Part shown: one piece after another, positions 13,601-24,277 of the stretch | Position numbering within the stretch: the first letter of the stretch is position 1 | Layout: every line of letters starts with the position of its first letter | NCBI RefSeq assembly: GCF_963676685.1 | Contig: NC_092353.1 | Location: 66,340,001-66,404,000 of the forward strand | Direction: 5' to 3' | Length of the DNA: 64,000 nt | Origin: Mytilus edulis | Taxonomy: Eukaryota | Notes under the pieces: generated by a model | Told to the model about the DNA's origin: nothing | Database searches by the model: none | What the model saw: the letters and a program-made list of their open reading frames with translations, nothing else | Program-made: the position numbers and the translations under genes

Positions 13601-15697
13601 CTGCAACTATCAAATGATAATATATTTGAGATCATTGTATCATATAGCTGTATTTTAAAGAAAATGGGAACATAGTTTTCTCGTTTGAATTGTTTCACAT
13701 TTGTCATTTCAGGGCCTTTTAAAGCGGACTATGCAGTATGGGCTTTGCTCATTGTTAAAGGCCGTACTCATTGGCAACTATATCACATCTTCTTTTTTAT
13801 ATTTGGGGAGGCTCACAAAAATGTTTAATCCCTCCATGATGTCCCAGGAACCTGTAATCCACCATGTGTTGGTTGCTGCATGTTATAATTGTTTTTTGTT
13901 TTATCATTGTAAGCATAACTCAGACCCTGTATTTTATCTCTTAAATACTTTAGTTCCATGATTGTATGTTTTACTGTGTCTTTTAATTTTTTACACAAAT
14001 AGTCGGGTGACAAAATCAATAAGACATTGTGATCATTACCACAGCTGCACATACAGCTTAACTTGTATCTTAAAGTTTTACTAAAACTGCATGCATAATA
14101 GATATACAATAATGCCACGTTAAGGTAACATACTCTTCTGTCTGATTTCCAACAACTTGTTTCTAGTTTAACAGTTCTATCATGATCACTTCTGATTGAC
14201 TGGTTTAAATTGTTGATGCCATTATTTATAAGAACATTTACATTAGGTTTATGAAAAATTCTGGTTAACCTATTACACTTACCTTGCTAAAACTCATAGT
14301 AAAAATTTACACATACATGTGTAAATTTTTAATATGAGTTTTAGCATGTATCATGACAATTTCTGGTTTATTGTTATAGCTGATTGCATTGAGTGTGTAG
14401 GCAAAGGTTATATCTTTAGTTAGCTTGCTTGGTAGCTGAACCTTGAAGTCATTATTAGGTTAGGTAAACTACCCTTCTTCAAGAGAAGAATAGTCTGACA
14501 TATAACCAATCTATCTGTCTGTAGGACTAGATTACTTTGAATGACTTCACGGTTCGGCTAGCAAGCAATCATCTGTAAACTTACCTTTGTGATCATTTAT
14601 CAGTTTCATTCTCTGAGAAGACAAATGTTTCTCCTCTAAATGTTGTACTTCTTGTAGACTACGTACAATTTCAAAGACAGTACCATCAAGTAAAGCATTA
14701 GCTAAACTTGATAGCAAATCATATGGAAGTCTCTGCTGAAATTTTCTATAAAAGATAAAGAAAAATTAGACACAGACATATTTTGAAGTATGCTTTCAAA
14801 TGTATTTATTTATGACATATTTAACATTTATAAGTGTTTGTAAATTAGCCAAAGCTTGGGCTTGATATCCTAATTTCAAAATAATCATAAGGCCAAATAA
14901 AACAGTGAGTATGTGGGGTTCCAGTTATATAAAAAAAAAAGTTAAGATAGGTAGGTATGCAGGGAATTATTTTTATTTCATGGTTTTTTTTTAACATTGT
15001 GTCTATGGGAGCAACATTGGGACTTGAACAGTGCTTAATGTTAAATGACAAAAAAACTTTAGGGTAGGCTATTATTAGGACTTTAAAAGTAGGGTAGGTA
15101 GGTTAACTGGAACCACACATATTTTTATTTGGCATAATTCACCTAAATCTTCCTCTTTAAATTCAGAGGTACATTTGTTTGCAGGATGTAGTCTTTAAAA
15201 ATGTGGTATCTTAACAGCAACATGAATATCGTATTGTTTCATGTTTAAAAACTCCAGATATTTTCCCAGCTTCTTCTCATCTAAGCCAAAGGACAATCAT
15301 TCTTTGATGCAATACTATATATAGCCGAGACACTTCCTCTTGTTTTCAAAACAAATTCAATCTATTATTAATATTACTGTAAATACACAAATTAATGTGT
15401 GCATTTATTATTGCGATTTTGTCAGTGATGACTTGAATGCGATTTTAATTTTTACGATTTTAAGAAAAACCCTGTTTAATTCATATAAAATATTTTAAAA
15501 TGCGAGGTTAAATCATTGCGTTTACAACTTTGTCGCTTTTTTTGCAATAATAAAAACCTCGCAATAACTTCTGAATTTACAGTATCTAAAAGTTATTTTT
15601 ACCCTGGCAGATCTCGTGACAATGATTGTAATTCACTTTGTAAAAAATAATGCTGTTTTTGTTGTAACTCTCTTCTTGCTCTTTCATTTTCTGCCAT
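10636..15697 (-). CDS. DGCR6: Protein DGCR6 / gonadal homolog, 190 aa, 4 coding exons
   Basis: Exons 15697-15603, 14745-14585, 13551-13445, 10845-10636; GT-AG introns, consistent phases, 573 nt. Reads [59 protein letters not shown]...PHNLP...[32 protein letters not shown], matching DGCR6 family motifs. Confidence 0.93.
10841..12116. repeat. 36-bp minisatellite, 35 units, spanning the last DGCR6 intron/exon junction
   Basis: Unit atggtct(a/g)caatagtgtagaaatgttacttgtttac in blocks of 14+10+11 units, separated by two extra 8-bp ttgtttac duplications. Confidence 0.97.
12621..13269. mobile_element. TA-flanked (Tc1/mariner-type) MITE interrupted by a HINE-like insertion (about 12709-13156)
   Basis: ta|ctgtaaattcagaaat ... 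atttctgaatttacag|ta. An uninterrupted relative lies at 15377-15582. Confidence 0.7.
15377..15582. mobile_element. TA-flanked MITE, same family as 12621-13269
   Basis: ta|ctgtaaat ... atttacag|ta inverted ends; internal similarity to the first copy. Confidence 0.75.
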
Positions 15698-16233
15698 ACT
15701 ATCTTTCTAGCTAGTTTCACGATTTGAAAAATCTGCATGTGAATCTACATGTAACATCTACAACATAAGAGTGAACAATCATATCATGACATTAATATAT
15801 GTGTGTAAAACAAAAGAAAAAAGATACTTTGTAGTTTGATTATAATGTATTTCATCAACATTGTAAAATTTGTTGAAAACCTATTTGCTTTCCTTTCTCT
15901 TTCAGTCATGTCAGTTTTCTAAAGTCATCTTCTTTGTTATTTGATCATGTTAATAAATGTATTTTGACTAGGTTATGAACTTCTGTTAATATTTCAATTA
16001 TGTGGTTGTTTATCTCATATTTTGTCTCAATGAAACTGTTATTTATTTCATACATTGTGTCATATACATGTACATTAAATTATCTAAAAAGTTGTGTATA
16101 ACACGCTTAATTTATATCTGCTGTGGAAATCATTCATAGCAGGCCTTCAAAGTAGGTCATTTGTGAATTATTTAGTCTTCTCGTGTAGTGAAATGACAAT
16201 TTTGGCTTATCGGTTGAGGTTAACGGACAGGAT

Positions 16234-16835
16234 GTTGTATACTTCAAATTCAATTATATCTTACTTAACATCTTATTCAAACCTGGTATATCATATATCA
16301 ACCGACAAATGTAGGACAGAAAGTCACAGGACAAAGTCACAAATGTTCTGTTGACAATTGTTTGAATATATTATAAGAGAAATATCTTGAAATATTTACT
16401 TTTTAATACATATATTCATGTTAAAGTTTAGGGAATGTGTCATTATACTTGAAAAATGAAGATTTGTTTAATTTTAATCCTGCAAAAGAAAGATTTCTTG
16501 GCACCAGGAAGCAATTTAAGTGCCATGCCACTTTGACATTTAGTTTTTTTTAACAATTATTTGATCATCTTTGATACTTTTTAGATAAATTTTGCTTACA
16601 AAGTTGGTTTATATACAATAGTTCAAGAAAAATACAAATATATGTTTGTAGAAATAAGTGTTTTTTATTCAAAGAAAATAATCAGAAAAAATGAATTGCG
16701 ACTTCTTGTCCTGTGACTTTTTGTCGGTGACTTTTTGTCCTGTGACTTTCTGTCCTACATTCGTCGGTTGATATATGATATACCAGGTTTGAATAAGATG
16801 TTAAGTAAGATATAATTGAATTTGAAGTATACAAC
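16234..16835. mobile_element. Foldback/MITE-like structure with ~105-bp inverted arms
   Basis: 16234-16340 is the reverse complement of about 16727-16835. Inner parts carry ggacaRaaagtcac repeats. Confidence 0.8.
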
Positions 16836-17152
16836 CTGATTAATTTCTCAAAATAGAGAGTTGAGTACCTTGTTTAATTTTAAGGTATATATACAGTATA
16901 AAATGTATTCTAATTTAAGTTCCACAAGGTAAAAACCACATGATGCATGAATTAAGGAGGTCTCATTGGGGGTTCTTTCTTTTGTTCTTTTCGAGTCTCA
17001 GCCATAAAAGAAAGAAACTATATCATGTATATTCAACATGCATCATAGGAGTTTGAAATCCTAGCAATAACAGGGTAAGAATATGCCAAACTAGACAAAG
17101 TAGAGCTTCAAGTTGAGTTTGGCATATATGAGAGATGCGCTACTTACTGGGA

Positions 17153-17275
17153 TAGTCCAAATAATTATGACGTCTTGAAAGGCTATTATAATTTTTTTCT
17201 TTGACGCCGGTCGAAGTAAGGCGTCATAGAAAAAAATTATAATAGCCTTTCAAGACGTCATAATTATTTGGACTA
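17153..17275. mobile_element. 123-bp palindromic MITE (TAG...CTA) with 10-bp TSD, inside an older inverted-repeat element
   Basis: Near-perfect hairpin. TSD cttactggga at 17143-17152 and 17276-17285. Outer IR ggagtttgaaatcctagcaata / tattgctaggaattcaaactcc. Confidence 0.9.
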
Positions 17276-19437
17276 CTTACTGGGATAGTCGAGTTTTGCA
17301 TATCAATATTTTTACCCTGCTAGTGGTATTGCTAGGAATTCAAACTCCTGTGCATTCATGTGTATTTTCCAGTTGCCGGTCAAGTACATGAATAGATCGG
17401 TTAGAGAGCAAGGTTTTAATTCTAATAAGATTTGAAAGCTTAATTCGAGAGCACCCAAAAAGAGGGGGGTTGTTCTACAGGGAATATTTTCTTCTTATGA
17501 ACTCTTTTTTGAAAGGTTTATTTATCTGTCCCTTTTATGTATGGTTAAATTCCTTTCAATGACCTACACATGACAAAGGAATACTATTGATAAAAAGACC
17601 ACAATTAAAAATATGAAATAGATTACATTTTTTGTTGATGCACATGTTATCTCCCCTTTAACACATACCCGTTATGGAAATGAATAAAATCCGGAAAACG
17701 GTAATTGTTGAAAAACTAACGCAAACCCAAATTTTCATACAATTTTACATTTAACCTAGGACATATTTATGTAAATATTGCCCCGAGGTCATATGATATA
17801 GGACTAATATTTTTCCAAATACCTGAATATTACCATGTTAACTTTTTAGAACTTATCTGATCTTTCTCTGTGTCAATATATAAAATACGCATATCTGAGA
17901 GGGTGAAAGTGCATGATCATTCAAACGGTTACCAACAAAAGAAAACATTGTCCGAAGCCTTAGGTTGACAATTTTTTTCGAAGGGTATCGTTCTGCTCTC
18001 ATTTACCCTCTGAACAAAGTAAGATATATATTTTCAAGTTTTTACTTTGACCACTGATTTTGACAGTCTATGTTTTTCTATATATTTCTGCATATTTCGG
18101 GACGAAAACAGTGGAGGAACAATGATGAAAATAAGGTCAAAATTTTGTCGAAAGTCAGTTTTCCATTTCTTCCATCCAAAGAGAAGCTAGGCAACAACAA
18201 AAGGGGACACAGGGACTTTCTTTACTAGTATGGAAAGTCCTGGAGGACATTTCCATTTTATTATTCTACCTGAAAAAAATAAGTACACGATTATTGTGCT
18301 AATTGTATCTGAAAATGTAATTAAATTCTTTTACAATTAGACGATATACTGTAACTTGATATGACAAAGCTTCTTTCTCCCAAGTTATTACAGCAAACAT
18401 AATTCTAGACAACATAATTTGTTTGATAATTTTAGTATATCTTTCCCGAAGACTTGGATCTTATTAATGAATCTGATAGAACATATAAGCCACTAAAAGA
18501 CATGTTGGCATATAAATCGTGAACAGACTGTTAAAACAACATTTTTTTTTGTTGCTTAAATCAATTCGTTAACTTATGCAACGGGAAATTATGGAGAACA
18601 TATGTCTTGCACATTTGGCACTGGTCAGATTAAATTGTGTCATTTTTGCAGGAAGCCTTTAAGTTTAACAGTTTTAAATCAAAGCATACTAATAGTACAT
18701 CTGCTTACTCGTTTGCAGTCTTCACTAAGGGGTGGATCTGTCATACATATACAAACTAAACCTTTTTATTAAGATTTTCAATAAATGTATTATGTATAAC
18801 AATGTATGTAAAAATACAGGTTATTCGTTCATTACCTAGTGATAAGCACGAAAACACTTTGTAACCGAAACGGTAATTGATTCTCACTTCTCAAAGAAAT
18901 TGCAATTGACCACTTTTAACTTCCTACTCTCGCGTGGAAGGAGAAGTCACTTTCCCTCTCCAAAATCCTAGATTAGGCCCTGCTAGTTAACATTTCCACC
19001 AGTATCAATTTGAAAAAAACCACTATACGTGTCGAAAATCAACTAAATTAATCATTTTGAACCAAAGGAGAGTATTTATATGATATTAGGCGATTTTCTT
19101 AGTTCTCTGAATTCGGATTTTTTTTAATTATAAATTCGTCAAAAAACATGCATGATGTTCACAGGACACTATCAGACTTACTTACTTTCAATTAAATCTT
19201 TATATCAATGTTTGCTCTAACATGCTAGTTCACAGGGTCTGCAGTTCATCCTACCTATTCTGGTCATAAGCCGACCAGTCTTTGAGGTTAATTTCTTTTA
19301 ACAACGAGCTTAGCATAGAAGACTCAATTAGCATATACCAGTTTTAAAGGCTGGGAATGCTGGCCTTTAAACACCGTTAATCTCAATGCTCTTCAACTTC
19401 GTACTTTATTTGGCATTTTTAACTTTTTTGGATTCGA

Positions 19438-19481
19438 GCGTCACTGATGAGTCTTTTGCAGACGAAACGCGCGTCTGGCGT
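19438..19481 (+). ncRNA. Intact minimal type I hammerhead ribozyme (retrozyme-like repeat, copy 2; repeat spans about 19380-19521)
   Basis: Stem I gcgtca/tggcgt; core CTGATGA 19444-19450; stem II gtct/agac; GAAA 19464-19467; palindromic stem-loop III ACGCGCGT; GUC cleavage triplet ending 19475. Confidence 0.9.
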
Positions 19482-21276
19482 ATATATCAAATTTAGTCCT
19501 GGTATCTTTGATGAGTTTATTCACAGAGATTGTAACACAATGTTGACTGCTGTACACATATTTTTGACATTTCACCTATTGTCTGATTGTTCTGTTCACA
19601 CATCGTTGTAAATATAATGGAATTTGATGCGACTGTCATACAAGTGAGAGGCTTATATAGCTATAAATCAGATTCCATCCACCGTATTCTACATAAAAAA
19701 AAATCCTATACCAAGTCAATATTATGACAGTTGTTATACATTCTTTGATGTATTTGAGGTTTTGATATTGCCATTTGATAATTAGGGACTTTCCTTTTTG
19801 AATTTCCCACGGTTTTCAGTATTTTGTGATTTTACTTTTCAAAGAGGAGGACACACCACTACATGACCACAGAGGCTGTTTAAAGAGGCTTGAGTATACC
19901 TTGATGTATGTCAATGGAATGTCTTAATGACCCAATTTGTATTCTCCTTGTTATAAATAGATAAACTGAGACCCAATTTCACCATTAAAAGTTGACCATG
20001 AGATAACTGTAAAACAAAACACCAACATTTCAAGACTGATATATAACCCATATGATGAGAACGAATATCTACTTGACAGCATGCTCAAAGAAGAATTAAG
20101 ACAAAGAAAGTTATTAATAATACTGAGCATACATTCAAAAAGACTGGAAGGCAAAAATTGATTTCTCAGAATGAAGAAACATTCATAAAAGTCGAAAACA
20201 CTGCACATATCTATATATAACATGATGCTGTTTAACTGATGAAAAGGTACAGCCCTATCTAGTAACTGAGCAGTGCTACAGTGTTTATATGAAAGCAGCA
20301 CATAATCAGTAACAAGAATGGCTGTCAACTTGTTAATTTTAAGACAGCAGTAACTTCAGAATAAAAAAAATAAAAACTAAACAAGAGAAAAAAGAAAACT
20401 GCCCTTTCATAAGACCAATACACCAAGCCCTTACAAAAGAAATTAACATTCTGACTCACTGTACCATGAAAATGAGGTCAAGGTCAGATGACATCTGCTA
20501 GATGGACATGTACACCTTACAATTATTGCTTACACTAAAATTAGTAGAGCTATTGCTTATATTATCTCAGATGCGTATGTACTTGAACATGAAAACTTAA
20601 CCTTGTCTACTGATCCATAAAAGGATGTTGAGGTGAAGTGTAAACTGTCTGACAGGCATAAAGATCTTTGATCATACCAAATGTAGTTATCCTTTTACTA
20701 ATAACAAGAGAGAAGTTAACATTACAAACAAACAAAAATATATTCAGTAGTCACTAAACCAAGGACAATGAACATGACAGGTAGAAACTTCATAACATAA
20801 GGCATCTGTATACAAAGTATAAAGCATCAATAAGCTCTATTAAAATTAACTTCCTTGTGAAAAGATTAAGGTTCTGGAGTGTCAACCCCTTAACGCAGTA
20901 CCAACTAAGTAGCTTCTTTAGATTCAATACTACTGGGTATGATGGCCAGTATATTACTGTGGCTTAACAGCATGATGTAAATATGGATTGATATTTAATG
21001 TCAGATGTCAAGTATAATATGCATTTTTGGACAAGAAACTGAAAATATTATATAAATCCTACTTTCTACTAGACTGACAATCTGATGCAGGAGAGGGAGG
21101 AGTTATGGCCCTTGAACCAAGGTGATTAGTGTTTCATAGCTCCGCAAAAAAGTGAATTTCTGAAAGATTGCAGCTAATAGTACGGTATGAATTGTTGAAA
21201 ACTGTATGCAATACATGTTTACATTCCTTTTGAGACTAAAACATTCAAAAACGGACAAATAGTTTAGTATTTATCG

Positions 21277-22560
21277 ATGTGTAAAGACAAAAAAAATCCA
21301 AACGAAGAAAACAAAATGGCCACCTCTTATGCCGAAGCAGCTAGAGATGAAAACAGATACAAAAACAAAAATGATGACTGCAAGATTGGCAATGTCAAAC
21401 CAATATTTCTTCTCGAAACAGATGTATTTGGTGAACATGATATGAATCATTTAGGTCAACGCCCATTCCTTCTAAATATAGAGGTATATCGAGCAATAGA
21501 AGAGCAGGTACCAGTTAGAGCTTTAATTGGGTTACAGAGAGTTCGAGGCATCTGGCGAATATATTTCGACAATGAACAAGACAAAAAAGAACTACTGTCA
21601 TTGGGGTTAACCATCAGAAGAAAATCAATAACCCTGTACTTGAGAAACCCAAAAGTAACCCTCAATGAAGAACCAAATGCTATAAAGGTACGAGTCAAAA
21701 ATGTTCCTCTATCAGCAGATGACGACCAAATTCTAAGAACTCTTGAAACCTCAGTTAGCAAGTGTGAGATAATCACTCACTCTAGGGAAAGATTGAGAAT
21801 TGACAATCTTGTAACAAACTGCAGAACAGGTGATAGGATAGTCATATGCAAACCTTTTGATCCGCCGCTGCCGAGGTCGATGAAAATAGGCAATTATTGG
21901 GCTACTATTAGCCATTTTGGCCAAGCATCTACAAGCAGACCAAATATGAAATGTAGTAAGTGTCTAGATGAAGGGCACACAGCAAACAATTGTCCAAACG
22001 GATGGAAGTGTAAAAAATGTGGTCAGCTAGGACATAGACAATATGAGTGTGAAGAGCATTCTGATGTTGAAGTTGAGGAAGAAGGCAATACATATATGAC
22101 CAACGTGGAGAGTGTCTGCAATCCAGACATTTTCCATGAAAGTGAAAATGATGTACAGACCAATCAAGAAACTGAAGATAATGATGAGTCATTCCAGGAT
22201 AGTGATGTCGATTCCAAATGCACGACAAAACCTCTCCTGAATACCAAGGGTAGAAGTAGGTCAGAGATTGACACGGAACATTCGCATTTGAACCTTGGTA
22301 CTCAGGAAAGTAAGTCCGCTGGAAAAGACAATTCCCAACAGCATAAGGAAAAACATAAAATCAATAAAAGTGTTGACAGAAGACCAGGTATCTCGAGGTA
22401 TTTGACAGCAAGACCGAGTCATGATCAGAGTGACACTACAAATAGCACACCTAAACAGTCAAAAACAAAGAACATTGAAAAATCGCCAGTAACCCCAACA
22501 GAGAATCTGCATGACGCAACACGAGATGAGGCTGCTAAGAAGCCAAAAAAGAGACGCTAA
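21277..22560 (+). CDS. LINE ORF1, Gag-like nucleic-acid-binding protein with two CCHC zinc knuckles
   Basis: CSKCLDEGHTANNC and CKKCGQLGHRQYEC, SYAEAA N-terminal motif, RRM-like VRVKNVP..TGDR segment, disordered tail with basic NLS-like end. Confidence 0.9.
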   Translation: MCKDKKNPNEENKMATSYAEAARDENRYKNKNDDCKIGNVKPIFLLETDVFGEHDMNHLGQRPFLLNIEVYRAIEEQVPVRALIGLQRVRGIWRIYFDNEQDKKELLSLGLTIRRKSITLYLRNPKVTLNEEPNAIKVRVKNVPLSADDDQILRTLETSVSKCEIITHSRERLRIDNLVTNCRTGDRIVICKPFDPPLPRSMKIGNYWATISHFGQASTSRPNMKCSKCLDEGHTANNCPNGWKCKKCGQLGHRQYECEEHSDVEVEEEGNTYMTNVESVCNPDIFHESENDVQTNQETEDNDESFQDSDVDSKCTTKPLLNTKGRSRSEIDTEHSHLNLGTQESKSAGKDNSQQHKEKHKINKSVDRRPGISRYLTARPSHDQSDTTNSTPKQSKTKNIEKSPVTPTENLHDATRDEAAKKPKKRR

Positions 22561-22643
22561 TTTAATATCTGTTATTAAATCAAAATACAAAATATAAGAC
22601 TATAGAAATCTTTTATTTTAAATTATAAAAAAAACTAAAAAAA

Positions 22644-23645
22644 ATGCATTTTGTCAATCATATTTTTCACAAAACAGTATGTATAGCACTGATTTCATTT
22701 ATTTTTAACTGTATATATTATTCGAGATATGTCTCAAAATGTTTGTTGTTATGTGACACAGCTGATGAAGGTTGTCCACTTAAAATATTCAGACTGACAG
22801 ATAGTCTAATCAATTCCAATAATGAAGATTATAAATGGTCTGTTCTTCATGAAAGCTTTATCCTGAAAAAGAAAAAGACAAATAAAAATAAAAAGTTCAT
22901 TAATGTATGTGTATTTAATAAGGTGTCAATTTTTTTTTATTGTGTACTAGAGAATCTAGATATGTGCATGATAATATTTATGCCATGTTACTATAATATT
23001 AAATTAAAGTATTTACCATCTGCTACTAAATATCCTGATCCAGAAAACATATTAATCCATCTTGAAACGTCTCCATCAAAAACGGATGAAATAACCTTGA
23101 CCAGAAATTCTATAAATACTTTAACGTTGAGGTCAAAATATAGAACGTACACAACTAAAAGTAGAGAGCACCTGGACAGCGAAAGTCTAAAACTATTGCA
23201 AAACAAACATCATATGCTTGACGAATATAAGCATCATGAGAATAGGTTATCAATGCTAATTATGGAAAAGATCGATAACATAATACATTTTACGGTACGG
23301 GAAAATAAACTGCTAAAAATATTGATCAGGAATACACCGACAATAAACATAGAGATAGTAAACAAAGCGGTATTATTTGAGAAAAAAACAAACACAGACC
23401 GAAATTCATCGTTTAAATACCCACGATCTGAAAAACCAATCGCAATCAGTGAGGCGTATAACGGTATTTCTCAGGTAAAACAAATGTTATATCAGTATGT
23501 AAACTGTCCTATAAATAATTCTTCTTGGAAAGAAACAAGACTAAAAGAATTTAGCTTTAAGTCAGTCAAAAGAAATAACAAAATCACTGGTATTAAAGAG
23601 ATAATAGTAACTGCAATTACGATTATCCCAATATGGCGACGGTAG
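22644..23645 (+). CDS. Candidate extra ORF between LINE ORF1 and ORF2, function unknown (last ~20 codons come from the inserted TIR)
   Basis: 313 stop-free codons in very AT-rich DNA before the insertion point at 23584. No recognisable domain; hydrophobic Cys-rich N-terminus. Confidence 0.45.
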   Translation: MHFVNHIFHKTVCIALISFIFNCIYYSRYVSKCLLLCDTADEGCPLKIFRLTDSLINSNNEDYKWSVLHESFILKKKKTNKNKKFINVCVFNKVSIFFYCVLENLDMCMIIFMPCYYNIKLKYLPSATKYPDPENILIHLETSPSKTDEITLTRNSINTLTLRSKYRTYTTKSREHLDSESLKLLQNKHHMLDEYKHHENRLSMLIMEKIDNIIHFTVRENKLLKILIRNTPTINIEIVNKAVLFEKKTNTDRNSSFKYPRSEKPIAISEAYNGISQVKQMLYQYVNCPINNSSWKETRLKEFSFKSVKRNNKITGIKEIIVTAITIIPIWRR

Positions 23646-24016
23646 ATATAGGTAAAATCTTTACACTCATTTTTCTTAAATGTAGCATGCTTTTGTCAAT
23701 AGTTACTCAGCTGCAAGGTTTATCTATACCATTACATCATATTTGAATCGTAACGGTGCACTGGAATCGTCTGAGCGCTTTGAAAATTGCCGTTGAAAAA
23801 TTCGGTATGATAATCGTAACTCTATGGTATTTTTCTTCTTTGATAATCGTAATTTTCTTTATCGGATAATAGTAACTGAAACATAATAAATGTGTCTTTC
23901 AGCATTTCAATGGTATTTTGTGTGTTAAAAATGCAAATGTCAAGTTTAACGATGACATAAACGCATATAAAAATAAATGAAGAAACTTACAGGTTAATAT
24001 CTAGGACAAATTTACC

Positions 24017-24175
24017 TATATATATATATATATATACTCGTCTAAACATCAACCCAACAATGTTAGATCTGTAAATTTGCTTTCGCAAATTTTTGGTTCT
24101 TCCCTCGCCGGGATTCGAACCCATGCTACTGTGATATCGTGACACCAAATCGCCTGCACTGCAGCCGTCCCGCTA
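24017..24175 (-). mobile_element. tRNA-derived SINE with (TA)n tail
   Basis: Minus strand has B-box GGTTCGAATCCC in a tRNA-like head, then a short body ending in (TA)n. No complete cloverleaf. Confidence 0.75.
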
Positions 24176-24277
24176 TATATACAGTCATGGGACTAAAGTG
24201 AGTTCCCAGTAAAAAAAAGTCCTATCATTTCAACTTGTATATCTATTTATAACTGACAACAATATGCATAACCTTTT

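Noticed and set aside
19951-20328. 125-aa minus-strand ORF or plus-strand exon-like stretch
   Set aside because: No recognisable motif; plus-strand frames contain stops; cannot be tied to a gene.
21456-22228. Antisense ORFs over LINE ORF1 (likewise over ORF2 and C6orf118)
   Set aside because: Shadow frames of real coding sequence.
23585-23630. True RSS (heptamer-12/23-nonamer) in the TIR
   Set aside because: Only CAC matches well; there is no convincing ACAAAAACC at 12 or 23 bp, and both ends are symmetric.
24100-24175. tRNA gene
   Set aside because: Only a B-box and T-arm-like head; it continues into a SINE body and (TA)n tail, with no complete cloverleaf.
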